Made by a program: the position numbers and the translations under genes. Below the pieces are notes generated by a model. It saw only the letters and a program-made list of their open reading frames with translations. It did no database searches and was not told the DNA's origin. A stretch of DNA of 64,000 nucleotides from Phoronis australis (lineage: Eukaryota > Animalia > Phoronida): assembly GCA_002633005.1 (NCBI GenBank), contig NMRA01000024.1, positions 704,246 through 768,245 of the forward strand. Direction: 5' to 3'. Below are positions 33,187 to 47,110 of the stretch, one piece after another. The first letter of the stretch is position 1. Every line of letters begins with the position of its first letter.

Positions 33187-33451
33187 CATGGGCGCATCCA
33201 GGGGGGGGGGTGCTCGAACGAGCCCCCCAATTTGGCGAATTGGGCAAGAAGGTCCGCCTTAGTGAAACAAAAAGTCCGAGTAAACGAGACAAAAGTCCAC
33301 AAAGACCACAGAAAGTTGGCGCGGATGCACAATTCGTAGGCCTGGACCTAGTGCCCCCCCTTTTTAGTCTTTGTTGATTTTTTTCAGTATAAGGTCCGCA
33401 CCACGATGAAAAATTCGAGCCCCCCTATATTTTAGGCTGGTTGCGCGCATG
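33187..33451 (+). mobile_element. MITE family A copy
   Basis: catgggcgcatccagggg...ggctggttgcgcgcatg with internal similarity to 26828-27066. Confidence 0.85.
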
Positions 33452-33974
33452 CTAGCACAGTTCATATAATTTCATCAATGCCGTTTCAACATACATCATT
33501 TGTGAGCCCGTGCCAATTTTTCTAGGAAAGTGCAACTACAATACAATACAAGCAACGGATTGTTTTGGCTTTAGCGTTGTGTGGGTAATGATCCAATTTC
33601 GCAGAACACGCAGATCCTTGAATCGGGAGCAATAACTTTGCGAGAGGAACAGCTCAAATGTCGCCATGCGTCATTACTAAACATATGAAACGAGTTTTTA
33701 TTACGGGCGTATCAGTGCTGCCACTGGTGGATGTGAGGATCGCTTAGGTTTACGCTCCTGTGTTAGGAAAACTGCGTGGACACAAGGGTTGAGACAGGTC
33801 GGACTACCGATGGGGCCAAAGCGAAAAGTCATGGAATCATGTTTAGTCATAATTTTTCAATAGAAGAATTGGTAGCAGCCAGATCTTGGAATAGGCAGAG
33901 CATAACCTGCCGCCTCTGATACGCATGACACTGGATTAGAAATTTCCCGGGTGAGCGACAAGCGCCAAAAGATT

Positions 33975-34267
33975 CTTAAACGAGTACATTTCTGTCCGTC
34001 CAAATGTGCTTATTCAACGCACATAGTTGCTTGATCACTACGAATAATTGGTTGGTTAACGCGCAGAATTTGTTCTCTTCTTGCACATATTCATTGCGCA
34101 GAATTGGTAATTCAACTTGCAGAATTGCCTGCTCAACGCGCACCGTATTATGTCCAGTCAAAGAGTATGTAGCCTACCGTCGACAGGAGGCAGCACAGAC
34201 GAAACGTGGCGGAACTGATGCGTTGAATAAACACATTTTAACGCGCAGAAAGGTGCTCGTTTCATAA
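33975..34267. mobile_element. MITE with about 46-bp TIRs
   Basis: cttaaacgagtacatttctg..aaatgtgcttattcaacgca is inverted relative to tgcgttgaataaacacattt..cagaaaggtgctcgtttcataag. Confidence 0.75.
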
Positions 34268-34639
34268 GACATTAGTGCGAATACGTCAGGCTGTCAAGAT
34301 ACTCTTGCGTTGGGTGCTCGCAGGCTAACCGCGAAGCAGTCAACAAGTCAGCTGCTCGTGCGTTATGTTTATTTCCTGGTAATGATTGAGCAGCAAAACA
34401 GTCGGTTCATCTCCTCTTGCAAGCATTCACAAGAGCCACGGAATTAAGAGGATACGAAATCCGGTTTGGTCTATTAACAGATGATAAAAACGACATTCCC
34501 ATCCAATTCTCTGAGACAAAACAGAACTCTATAACTGTCGACAACCCTCAAAAGTTTGGAGGAAAAATGAAATCTCTTCTTTTCGAAGTGCGCTAAACGA
34601 TAAGCGTGACCTATGCTTTTCATGAATTACAAGGCAATT

Positions 34640-35100
34640 GTGGAGAAGACCACCCACCAAGAATCATAATATCGAATCTGTGACATTGGCAGTATTGATT
34701 TTTAGTTGATTCCTGCTTTTGCCTTTCAAGATGAAGCATTACCATGTGCCACAACGAGGATTGGCTGAAATCACAGGATTTAGTATCTTTTTAAAAACAG
34801 CTTTCCCACGATGCATCTCTATGGTAATTATAACCCTCGACAATCTTTCGAAGTCTGCTAAACATACGATCGTGACGTACGCTTTGGACCGTCACACGAC
34901 ACCTGCTGGGAAAGACCACCAACTAAGAATCATAATATCCAATCTGTGGCTCAGACAGTTTGATCTTTTCGTTGAATCCTGCTTCTATCATTCAAGTGGG
35001 GTCGCCAATGGTCCATTAGCACTCGTGGCAAAATGAGGACTTAGTGAAATCAGTAAAAAGAATTTGGTATCCTTTTCAATGAAATGTATCACGACAATAT
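34640..35100. repeat. Old degenerate direct repeat (period about 265 bp) downstream of the SYT17 stop
   Basis: aagaccacc..aagaatcataatatc.aatctgtg...gttga.tcctgctt...ttcaag occurs at about 34646 and about 34912. Confidence 0.7.
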
Positions 35101-35922
35101 ACAAAGGCACACCGAACACCCAATTTGACTTACACACTAAACAAAATATAACTGCCTCCGGGAATAAGTGAATTTTAGGCGTGTGCACCTATGTGGAAAA
35201 CATTTGAGTAGGAATTATTGTCGTTGATTTCAAATGCAGCGCTTGGAAATTCAATTATAGACCTATATACAGGAGATTATTTTTCACATTCAACTTTGTA
35301 ACATGTAGTGTCACAAGAACCCCGGTTGGATTAGTTTTCTCGTTTAAAACACGGACGTCCTGCTGGCCGCAAACATGGATGCGTGTGCATCCCAAAGTAT
35401 GGAATCCAGAAAGTGTCACGCAGGCGATGGTCTGCTGGTAGCTATAATTTGAATAGTTGCTTCTTGTTCACTCGTATCTAAGATATAAACTGATGTCCAG
35501 GCTGCTTGAAATACTACTAAACTAAACTCATTGTAGGCCTAGTTAGATGGCGGTACTGCTCGGGACAAAAGCTATCCCACAATCCTTTGTAGACCTACGC
35601 GTACACGACGTCTTTCCTTATCCGTGAAAAACAGTTAAATGGTCTCCAAGGTCATGCGGTACACGGGCAGTACTGCAGTGCAGTTGACAATTAATTGGGC
35701 TTTTAAGCCTACACAGCGTTAATTAAGTAATGTTGAGACACGAACTTGAAACTCAGCAGCCCTTAAGTTGACGTTGAAGCAATAGAATGAGAACTATTCG
35801 TTCATGGTTGATCATGTGTAATTAGGGAACGCTAAGTAGCCGAATTAAAAATCCAAAATAAAGGTTTCTCCCCAAACCGTGAACTAAAATAGCTGTTTTC
35901 AAAGTCAGTGCTGCTTGAGGCG

Positions 35923-36275
35923 TCAAGGTACAGCAACAGATGCAGGCGAACACTGGTGACATTCGTCAAGGGGTTTTAGCAAATGCCATTGGGCCACAGG
36001 CGATCTTTGACACGATACCATTCGTAACCAATGAGATGCTTCATGAGATCCAGATGAGTATTTTCCAAGCACGATTCGACCAATCACACTGTCTCTACTT
36101 TTCGGAATTTGGCTACATACGCTGATCACCAGGTTGCATTGACTGAGAGAGGCGGGATTCACCGTGAAACTAAGACACTCGTTAAACATGGGATCTATAG
36201 TATTCTTCTTTGTTGAGGTCTTCTTTATTTTCACCATCTTTTCGTCCAACAAGAGTGCCACTTTCACGAAAGGAT
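35923..36275 (-). CDS. SYT17: SYT17 terminal coding exon
   Basis: Acceptor catttcag; encodes DPFVKVALL...SPASVAVP then TGA. Confidence 0.95.
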
Positions 36276-39200
36276 CTGAAATGGTGACTTGTTAGTCTTA
36301 CTTTACTTAAAATATATCTTTAGAGTAACTCGTTAACAGACTTCCACTTGCTGTACTGAATTGTTGAGAGTCAGTAACATTTTAATGTAATTGTAATTAT
36401 AATAAAATTTTGAAATAACTTTGAAGAGGCCCGGAAAGCGAAAAACCGACTAAATTGCATTATTCGAAGTAGTTGTCTGCCACTGAAACAGGATTCAACC
36501 TGTTCACAAGGTACTTTTGTAATTGGTTCTGAAAATTTCATTAGGTGGGGGAAGTGAATAACTCCGTAGCAGATGTAGTGACAAGGGAATGGTACTTTCG
36601 TCAGGAAATGTTTAACTGATATTTTTGACAATCTTTAAATGTCGAATAAAGGGATCAAAGCAGCTTGAATTTCCACTGCAAAGCATGAACCACAAAGATG
36701 GTTTTGCGTGTGGCTCATATTTTTGTTTAGCCATAGATCTCGTAGGAACTCAGCAAGATTTACTCAGACCCAAGGAAGAAAATCGCGAAGTAAAAAGACA
36801 AAAGCAGCAAAGTCAAATTTTTTTTCAATATAAGTGCCCTTCAATCCTCATGCATGATATACACGAAACCTGCAGGAAACTGTGAGCTCACCTTTCCTTG
36901 ACGGGGTGCTCTACTATTATTCGTATGAAGATGATGAGTTGAATATATCAGTTTTTGGCCATAGTAAGATAAAAAATGGACAATCGCCGTGCAAATAAAA
37001 AAGTTCATATTCATTCGACGTTTCGTCTATTCATTAGAAATCATCAGGTTACAAAACCTGATGATGTCTAATGAATAGGCGATACGTCGAATCAAGATGA
37101 GTTAGCCACTTGACAAATGTACATATTTTTTATCACAACGGATAAAGCCATTTTTGGTTGCAGTTGTAAGTTAATAGTCAGTCTTCAATTTAACTTTAAA
37201 ATTTTACTTACAGTTCATTGAAATATCGGTCATTATGACCGAAAAAGTGACTCAACTCACGCTGGTCTCATCTGCTATAGTGCATGTTTTGATTAGTCAA
37301 GTTAGTATCGAACATCATGACAGGACCACTGATACTTCCGTCCTCTGATTGGCTTATTTACACGCAGTGTATGAGGTCCGTTATGAAGTGATGTTGCCCA
37401 GAGGCCAATATCACCTTTCATTCAAGCGCCCAGAGGACATATGTCGCTGTTCCTAAACCTGGCCAATTACACTCTACAGAAACCGTAACTCATGATCGTG
37501 TAAACAAAACAAGCATACGACAATAGTACATCAAAGCAGGTAAAAAAGCCAATTTAGTCCGAAACCAAGAAATCGGAGAAACGACGCATCGGTGATCTTA
37601 TAATGAAACAAATATAGTCCAATCCTTCGGGCTGTTAGATTGTATGGACATATTTGTATACACGAAGTTTGAACTTGTTAACTAACGTTAAAATATAAAA
37701 CGCCTACCTGTTCCGCCCATAATATCAGTCTGAAGAAGCTGGTGAGCTCGGATAATGTCAACGTTCAGTCTGCCCGCGCTTGGTAGGTAATTTATAGATG
37801 TGAGTATTTCTCCGAGATCAGGTCTTTTCTGTGGAAACAACATTACAATTACCCGAAGCATATACAATTAGTGCGAATAAGAACAATTTTTGTCCTCGTT
37901 ATGGTCAAAGGAATTAAGAACTCTTGCTGTTAACGTACATATTTTTGTACCCAGCAACCTACACAAATGACAAAAAATTGCTAAGGCAACATAAACGTAG
38001 AAGTAAAGCTTTGCCTTAGCACTTTTCCTTTACGACTTTGTATCGACGTCGTATAAGACAATAGGGTGCCCGCAGGTGGTCAAAAAGTCGTGTGCGACTT
38101 CTGGGTTGATAGAAATCTATATATTTAAATGAACAAGTCGTGTAGTTCGAAAAGTAATCGTGTACAACAGTTGATTACGACTAGGTCGTACACAATTAAA
38201 CCCTCTCTCCATGCATTTTTCCTATACGACTTCGAATGCGATTTCTGAGCTACAGACTTTTGGACCAAAGCCTCGGTACACACTCCCATTGTCGANTTCT
38301 GAAAATTTCCTTAGGTGGGGAAGTGAATAACTCCGTAGCAGACGTAGTGAAATGGTACTTTCGTCAGGAATTGTTTAACTGATATTTTTGACAATCTTTA
38401 AATGTCGAATAAAGGGATCAAAACAGCTTGAATTTCCACAGCAAAGCAAGAACCACAAAGATGGTTTTGCGTGTGGCTAATATTTTTGTTTAGCCATAGA
38501 TCTCGTAGGAACTCAGCAAGATTTACTCAGACCCAAGGAAGAAAATCGCGAAGTAAAAAGACAAAAGCAGCAAAGTCAAATTTTTTTTTCAATATAAGTG
38601 CCCTTCAATCCTCATGCATGATATACACGAAACCTGCAGGAAACTGTGAGCTCATCTTTCCTTGACGGGGTGCTCTACTATCCTTCGTATGAAGATGAGT
38701 TGATTATATCAGTTTTAGGCCATAGTAAGATAAAAAAATGGACAATCACCGCACAAATAAAAAAGTTCATATTCATTAGACGTTTCGTCTATTCATTAGA
38801 AATCATCAGGTTACAAAACCTGATGATGTCTAATGAATAGGCGATACGTCGAATCAAGATGAGTTAGCCACTTGACAAATATACAGTCAGTCTTCAATTT
38901 AACTTTAAAATTTTACTCACAATTCATTGAAATATCGGTAATTATGACCGAAAAAGTGACTCAACTCACCCTGGTCTCATCTGCTATAGTGTATGTTTTG
39001 ATGAGTCAAGTTATTATCAAACATCATGACAGGACCACTGATGTTGCCGTCCTCTGATTGGCTAATTAACACGTAGTGTATGACGTCCGTTATTAAGTGA
39101 TGTTGCCCAGAGGCCAATATCACCTTTCATTCAAGCCGCCCAAAGGACATATGTCGCTGTTCCTAAGCCTGGTCAATTGCACTCTACAGAAACCGTAACT

Positions 39201-42200
39201 CATGACCGTGTAAACTAAACAAGCAGACGACAATAGTACATCAAAGCAGGTAAAAAAGCCAATCTAGTCCGAAACCAAGAAATCGGAGAAACGACGCATC
39301 GGTGATCGTATAATGAAACAAATATAGTCCAATCCTTCGGGCTGTTAGATTGTATGGACATATTTGTAAACACGAAGTTTGAACTTGTTAACCAACGTTA
39401 AAATATAAAACGCCTACCTGTTCCGCCCATAATATCAGTCTGAAGAAGCTGGTGAGCTCGGATAATGTCAACGTTCAGTCTGCCCGCGCTTGGTAGGTAA
39501 TTTATAGATGTGAGTATTTCTCCGAGATCAGGTCTTTTCTGTGGAAACAACATTACAATTACCCGAAGCATATACAATTAGTGCGAATAAGAACAATTTT
39601 TGTCCTCGTTATCGTCAAAGGAATTAAGAACTCTTGCTGTTAACGTACATATTTTTGTACCCAGCAACCTACACAAATGACAAAAAATTGCTAAGGCAAC
39701 ATAAACGTGCCTTAGCACTTTTCCTTTACGACTTTGTATCGACGCCGTATAAGACAATAGGGTGCCCGCAGGTGGTCAAAAAGTCGTGTGCGACTTCTGA
39801 GTTGATAGAAATCTATATATTTAAATGAACAAGTCGTGTAGTTCGAAAAGTAATCGTGTACAACAGTTGATTACGACTAGGTCGTACACAATTAAACCCT
39901 CTCTCCATGCATTTTTCCTATACGACTTCGAATGCGATTTCTGAGCTACAGACTTTTGGACCAAAGCCTCGGTACACACTCCCATTGTCGAATACAACGA
40001 CTGTAGTTTACCATGAGTGGGTAAGGTTGCTAAATAACTACGTGTACGTGTATCATTAAAGATTACATCAAGGCTGTAATGAAATTGGGCCTTATTACCA
40101 GGACGCAGTTGCGGAAAAGTTATACGTTGGTGAGCAACAGTGACGTCACATTATCACGCGCCACGATGCCAAAGTTGAACAAAACATTTGATGTCATGCA
40201 AAATCAAACTTACGTTGCGGACAAGTTTGAAAGTTTTATGCGACCCAGTCCAGAAATTTAACATCCGACTTACAAAGCACAGGACTTATGATTTCTTAAT
40301 CATTACGAATCTAGTAAGAAATCCAAAAAACTAAGGAATAATGGAACTTTCAGTCATTCAAGGTAGTTAGTTCTATGTGTCGTGTGTGTATTGTAGTGTG
40401 TAGTGTATTGTTCATTTATCTGCTGCGATCGTTATTACCGGATATTGTTATTCCCCATGGATAATTCAAACTTACCCGGCAATCACGTTATTCTAGATAC
40501 GGTGCTTTTTATCGATTTTATTCATTTTTAAAAGCAATTTTCACTGAAATGTACAATTAATCCGAAAATGTAAAATTCCACCGTTTTGCGGAGCACGGTT
40601 CCTTTTTAGCTGGCATTTTTCATTATTTTTGGATGGGATACACTTCATGGAATTTATTAACTTTGACCATAGCTATAAAACAACAGGTCCGCTGTGTATT
40701 TTTGATTTTCTTACAAATCACAAATTCTCACCGTTGTCCATGACATTCGTTGAAACGAAGGGCGGTGACTCAATTAAACACGCTTAAAGTACTCTGAAAT
40801 TTATTGAATGGGGCTTACTGGTCTGCCACCAGAGGGCAAGACTGCTACCGTGGGGGCTGCAGGCTCCATTCCGCGCTGAGGCGGATCTTAAAAAATAGCC
40901 TTTCTCGCAGAGCATGTTTCCTTAAAATCAATTCGGGATCCGGTGAAACATGGTTAAAAGCCGCACCCAGGCCATAACCCTACTCTAAAAACAGCGGCAG
41001 GGTAGGTCTCCGGCGGAGCATCGGCTACATCGAGTGGACACCGAACAAACCTTGACGTCCCAGAACACGCTTATGTCGAACAGCCGCCGGCAAGGATCCG
41101 ACCGAACACAGGAATGGATGTCCGNACCATCCAATCATCTGACGGATAAAAAAATATAGCCTGTATTCCAGCTCGATCGCCCTCCGCACTTCAGAGTACA
41201 CACGGCTAAATCACCCGAAGACCATCTATCTTGGCTTACGGAACGGAAACAGAAGGTTTAATTACTACATGACGTCAACAAAAAAGCACCAAAATTTTAG
41301 TTTGGTAATTATCTTGCAAAAAACTGACGTTAATGAGAGCGATCACTATAAATTACATTTACACAATTTCCGTGCTATGTAGCAGCGGGCTATCCATAAT
41401 TGTGTGTTGCGTGATTATCATGCACTTGTTAAACAGTAAGTCATTCACTAGTGGCAACCAATAGGACTAGGGCTTGAAGATTTCGACAATTCCTCTTCAA
41501 AATAACGAAAACGCAAGACCAATTTCAGAGCGTTAACGGTGTTAGTAAAATTATGAATGGATAGTTCCTTTCGCAAAAAGAGTTAAGGCAATAAAGGAAT
41601 TTAACTCCACTGACACGAAGGCAATTCTCATCTCTTTCCAGCCAACGAACAACAACGGTAGTTAACTAAGACTACAATGAATATTTCACATCCTGAATAA
41701 ATGATTTGAAATTGCCTCCTACTGCTAAAGGAAGGTGGTAAAAAGTGAGCGCCTCACACAAGGGTAATTCGAAATCTTTCTGGGGATAACGAAGACAGTG
41801 GAGGTTACTCTGCCTAAATTTCAGGTATTCTCTTAATGAAGATGATTTCTGTACAAAGTTAGCAACTGGCAACAGAACACGTCTTCTGTGTCCACAGAAA
41901 TATCACGAGCTGCAAAACAACTCTAACAATCGATGTTGACATTGGGGTGGTAATGAATTCCCTTCCATGTTGTTGCCATATCAAGCACATTTCACAATCC
42001 ATAGAGTATACCTTTAGTGTAGTCTTTCCCGGGCTGATTTACTCTATTTCAAATAATGTGCTTCATACAAAAATAAGGCTTTCGTCGGCATGCCTTTGTC
42101 ATTGTTCATAGTCTCATTTGAACTACTTTAGTATACATTATGGATGCAGTGTTATCTTCTTGCAAGGCAATTCGTAAACTAAAACTCAGGTGTTCTTGGC

Positions 42201-45200
42201 AAAAAGTCAAAACCCCACCCATTGACGGTAATCGGAATTTACTCGTTTAATTAATACTTACGACAGGTCGTTTCCTTGACACAAACAACCATTTGTATCA
42301 CGGGCTTTGATACACGTCTATCAAAAGACAGATTCAGTTAATTATCGGCCGTGATTAGCGAATGCGCGATATTTCGTTTGACTAAGGGCACACTGCATCA
42401 AATGTTCGTGTAATTTGAGCTACATATGGAAAATAACAGAAAGCATAAAGTGGCGCTTTAATACGTGGAAAAAAATTGTAATTAGTCACTGAAAAATTAA
42501 CAGACGTGATTTTTTTAATTTTTCATGGTGGATTTAGCGAAAGCTGTCCTTTTGCCTATGGGCTCTAAGTCGACTTAAGATATGAGTGATGTTCCTTATT
42601 TCCTTTAGAGAAATAACGGAGGCTTTTACGCGTTAAAACAATTTTTATCACGCCAGTAAGGCGGCATTTTCTTGTCAGTCATCTTCAGCTCAGGTCAAGT
42701 TCATTCCAAATAAAATTTGTCAGCTTTCTCACGACGTTGTCATAATCGTTTTAAGATATACACGAAGTAAAGTACATGATAAGCACCCAGGCTAAAAAAT
42801 TGGGGGGCTCGAATTTTTGAGAATGCGGACATTTTACTAAGATTCACGGAGTACTTTCTGAGCTATGAATGTGTATTCGACGAATTTAGGTTGTTCCCGC
42901 TTTTCAGTGGACTTTTGTCTCGTTTTTTACTTTTTCGGAGTCTTTGTTCCTCTGGGGTGGACCTTTTTGCCCATTTCGCCAAATGGGGACCTTATATCAG
43001 TGCTCCCGATAAACGGAGTTTTTAAGGACAGCGGTTCTTGTATAAATCTGTTGATGAAGTACAAGGTGCCACGAAATGGGTAGAGTTTCCAATCACGTTG
43101 TCCAAGCTTTCTCTTTTGTCTTCTTTTTACTTATTAAAGCCAAGCGCTGAGCTTCATGTTTTTGAGTAGGCGTGTACATTTTCCACAACACATGGTCATC
43201 AGTTCACAATGACGATTTCAGATATTAGGGCCTAACAGAAAATTTGACCCACAGGTTCGATTCACAGTAACATTCTCAAGAACCTTTTGTGGAACCAGTT
43301 CATTGGTCTCATTTGTTCATTTCCTCAAGACAAAAATGCATTTAAAGTCGTATTTCGCCTTGTATCACTGACTAAAAATGAAGATCGAAATGTGCCGCCC
43401 ACTCGTATAATCACGATCTCGTATCACTCCTTACCGAGGTAGGATTCTATTTCCAATACCAAAATGACGTCGGGACCACCAGCAACTCAAGATTATGCGA
43501 GAGAAGAAAGTCGAATTCGATATTCGTTCTTAGCCAGCCAAACAGGGCGAAATACTGTTTCAGGATAACCGCCGGTTGACTAAGGAGCATTCATTCGCAC
43601 ACGCCCGGTGCCCTCATTTCACTCACGTTCCAAGCCCAACTGCATGCCGGGAATGGCGACGCAAATTGCTCACTGGCGTGTTAGCAAGCTACGCTAATCT
43701 GACTGTTGATGAATGAGGCTGTGAAATTTTGATGATCAGAAATCAATTTTACATCAACTAATGCAACTACACCTTTCAGAGACAATAAAGCGAGTCACGT
43801 AGCTGTCCGGGTGCAGCCTGGGTGACTAAGCCAAAAGCAGTGTTTTGGATCTGGTTTGCTCTCGACTGATTATTGGAGCAACGAAAAGGGGGAAACCACA
43901 CGGTCGCTCATTTTTGTCAAACATTTCATCCTTTTCCCAAAGACCTTACAAATACTGACAGCTTAGTTTTTAAAGAACTTGCTAGTCAACTCACCTAGAA
44001 TCCCCCGGACTTTGACGACCCGAGACATACAAACACGTATCGCGACTCGGCGAAAGGGGTAAAATTAGAGACGCAATCTCACCGTGCTAAAGCCCCTGAA
44101 AAGGATTCCACTCCAAAACACTAGTTAAACCAACGATACTTAATCATGACACTGCCTCGTTTAAAAGTTTCACTTGGAACTCCCTGTGGTGGCGCTGCGA
44201 AAGGATATGGGCGTGCCCCTTAAAAGACCTACGGCTTACCCCCTCCCCCTTATTTATTTTATTGTCAACATTTATCATCATCTGTTATCTGTTGCTATTG
44301 TTGTTGTTATTGTTGTTGTTATTGTTGTTGTTGTTGTGTTGTTGTTGTTGTTGTTGTTGCTGCAGCTGCTGCTGTTCTTTGTTGCTGTAGTTGAATATTT
44401 TTATCATCACCTGTAGTCTACGGTTTGTACTGTACCATTACTTGTTGACAAAAGATTTTGTGCCGAACGCGCGAAGTTCACGCACGAAAGACCACAGATT
44501 AGGAAGAAACTTAACAAAGCCAGTGTGAGCTGTTGCGTTTTTTTAAGAACTAGGTCAGTTGCGTTCTCATCAAATGTTTAAAATGACACCTCCTACGGGT
44601 ATAGGGTTTTGAATGCAACCATCCGAGTCCTTCAGATGGAGTCTGTCTTCTTCTGTATTACATGCATCCCTCTGAGTTAATTTTCACAATAAAATAACAT
44701 ACCGCCAAGCCCTGTTTCCTTCTTGTACATGTTCACGATTTTGCTGAAACTCCTTAAAATCGTACCAATCAGCATCCTTGTGATATTCGCGTGTTACACC
44801 AACGACTAGAGGAAAGTCTTACCTTTGGACAGGGGAGCAGGAAACGACGCAACGGTTTTCCCTGGATGAGATCAACAGAAGACAAGGGAATCTGCACTTC
44901 ACCAATAACACAATGTCGTGAGAACTTGTCGAAGTCTTTAACTGTTATCTCGAGCAATCTGTTCTGCAACTCGAGATACTCGGCGGAAAACGAGAACGTC
45001 TCGTTCCAAACGGGATTCTGGGTCTTCCGCTGCACAGACGACTGCTGGGAATCTTTTGTATTCGGATGCAGACAGATTTTGACGTAGGGGTTAGAGTGAG
45101 CCTGGTCGCACTTTGTTTCGTCATGCTCGATAGGCTTGGGTAAATCTCGCGCTTCAACCAGTCGCACGTGAAATTTCTTTGTTTGAACGTCGTAGCGAAG

Positions 45201-45845
45201 GACGAAATGGACTTCGCCAAGTTTTGATTGCCCTTCAATAAAATCTTCAGTTTTTGATATGTCAGTGGCTTCCTCATCGTAGAGTTCCTTTTGAAAGTTT
45301 TCAATGTCAAATGACGCTTCGGTCTTAAATCGTGGAGATTTCGGCTGCACGTTCTCTCTGTTGGCTGGGAAAAACTCTATCGGTTTCATGTCGATAAACG
45401 GCGATCTGTTGCCCTTGATTGACGACGTTGAATCGAATCTTGCCAACGGTGAGGAGCATGAACCATTCCTTGATTTATCAGAAGATGTGGTCGAGTCAAA
45501 TCGAGACCGAACAGAAGAACTGGACTCGAGCAAAGATTTCGAACTGGAATCGGAGTCGGTTCTGTTCATGCGGTGACCTTCCTTTCCGATGCGTGGAAAA
45601 ACGAACAACTCAGGAGCGCGCGATCTGGACCCCGTACTCTTCGTGGATGAAGCTGAAGGCGGGCCGCTCCCGGGGGTGGAGGCGGAGGGCGGTCCACTGC
45701 CAACAGTGGCTGGAATGTTAGAGGGAATGCGGATAGTGTACTTGACATTCGAGTCTAATGCTGTTTTCTTTTCCTCATAACAACAATCGCAGATTTTCCG
45801 GCAGATGTCGGACACGCACATCTCTTTAAAGAATTCTCGGAACAT
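35923..45845 (-). CDS. SYT17: Synaptotagmin-17 (B/K protein), about 498 aa (exons 45845-44823, 39538-39418 [duplicate 37828-37708], 36275-35923)
   Basis: No transmembrane helix; N-terminal Cys cluster CVSDICRKICDCCY; SPFIDMKPIEF motif. C2A has AHSNPYVKIC and DFDKFSRHCVIG. C2B has NYLPSAGRLNVDIIRAHQLLQTD|DPFVK...IGRIVLGKYSSG...QWH, with C-terminal SPASVAVP*. All are diagnostic of SYT17. Splice phases 0 and 1 are consistent. Confidence 0.96.
37708..37828 (-). CDS. SYT17: SYT17 C2B-start exon, duplicate (other haplotype)
   Basis: Identical 121-nt exon inside the 36527-38295 copy. Only one copy can be used without a frameshift. Confidence 0.8.
38297..39991 (+). repeat. Second copy of 36527-38295; probable alternate haplotype
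   Basis: Begins after the single N at 38296. It differs by SNPs plus indels (for example about 55 bp near 37120 and about 15 bp near 37999). Confidence 0.9.
39418..39538 (-). CDS. SYT17: SYT17 exon (start of C2B)
   Basis: Acceptor tttccacag, donor gtaggc; encodes KRPDLGEILTSINYLPSAGRL...; identical copy at 37708-37828. Confidence 0.9.
42783..42988 (-). mobile_element. MITE family A copy (reverse, degenerate)
   Basis: gcacccaggctaaaa..gggggctcgaattt...ggacctttttgccca.ttcgccaaatgggg. Confidence 0.75.
44283..44392. repeat. (GTT)n microsatellite
   Basis: Direct inspection. Confidence 0.95.
44823..45845 (-). CDS. SYT17: SYT17 large first coding exon (N-terminus plus C2A)
   Basis: Acceptor tttccttccag at 45850-45851, ATG at 45845, donor gtaaga after 44823. 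Confidence 0.94.
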
Positions 45846-46375
45846 CTTCCTGGAAGGAAAATGATAAAAGATTGACTTTACAAATTTTGATTTGATTTCA
45901 TTACAAGCAAGTTTATAATAAACGTGGAACAGAACCATTAAGTGTTTTTTGTGTTTTGATGACTAATGTCATCAAAACGATGCAACATGTATAGGCTTAC
46001 ATGTACATCGTAGCCGCCTTATAAATCACGAGTGGTTTTAAAAAAAAACTGATAAATATCTGATGATACATTGCAGCTAAGTGAATACCAGACGCGAATA
46101 GCTATTTTTGTTTTTAACCTAGAAATGACCTAAACAAGCCATTAATGAAAGCCATTAGAATATCGCTTGCAACTTTCATTTTCAAATCGATTTTGCTTTC
46201 GTCACATTAAACTAATTTTGATAATTCTAGGAATTATTCGTTTATTTTTGATTGTTTATACGGTCGATGTTCGGTAACTCGTCTGAAGATTCAATATAGT
46301 CTTCCCTGAATATATGTGTTTTTGTTGTCAATTGTTTTATCCGCCAAACTGACGACATGTCTGTGCGCAAGATTA

Positions 46376-46614
46376 GAGGAGGCTGTGTGGCCTAGTTGAT
46401 AAGTGCCCGCTTTCTTTACTCGAGGTCGTGGGTTCGAGTCCCTTGAGTCCGGATTTCAGCTCCTCAGCTCGGTTTTAACCATATATTAATAAAGCATAAA
46501 AATGGTTCCAGGTGATCAGTGCAATGGGCCCACATGCGAGGCCTGTGCACGTCTGGTACAACATGTATCAGAGCGCCTGCAATTATTTTTGTATGAGCAA
46601 GTTTACCTTACCTA
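46376..46614 (+). mobile_element. tRNA-derived SINE with TTTACC-type tail
   Basis: A box tggcctagttg, B box gggttcgagtcc, 3' end gtttaccttacct. Confidence 0.65.
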
Positions 46615-47110
46615 TCCACTCATCCATCGATCGATTTAGCCATCAATCCCTCTATTAATCTATCGGCTCAGGCGTGCAATAATTCATCCATGTATCCACC
46701 CGTTCATCCATCTATCTACCCACCCGCCCATCAATCCATTTACCAATGCATCGTCCCAGACATGCAATAATTCAGCCATGTAATCCACCCGTTCATCTAT
46801 TTATCCACCCACCCACCCATCAATCCATCTAGTTCTGCATCGGCCCAGACACGCAATAATTCATCCATATATGTACCTGTTCATCCATATATCCATCCGT
46901 TCATCCATCTATCCATCTATGCATCGGCAAAGACATGCAATAATTCATCCATATATCCACCCGTTCATCCATTGATCCACCCACCCACCCATCCATTTAT
47001 CTGTGCATCGGCCTAGACACGCAATAATTCATCTATATATCCACCCGTTCACCCATATAGCCACCCGTTCATCCATCTGTCAATATATCCGCAAGTACAT
47101 CCATCTATTA
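46615..47110. repeat. ATCC/ACCC-rich minisatellite, unit about 84-89 bp
   Basis: gcaataattca.cc recurs at about 46676, 46764, 46853, 46937 and 47021. Confidence 0.9.

Noticed and set aside
37708-39538. Mutually exclusive duplicated SYT17 exons
   Set aside because: The exons are identical and lie in a copy pair joined at a single N, so an allelic overlap is the simpler explanation.
41672-41940. Short ORFs in the large SYT17 intron as a nested gene
   Set aside because: No recognisable domain and no consistent splice chain.
46376-46450. tRNA gene (also 3387-3455 and 58386-58456)
   Set aside because: A/B boxes are present but the cloverleaf stems do not pair. SINE-like body and tail or element context fit better.
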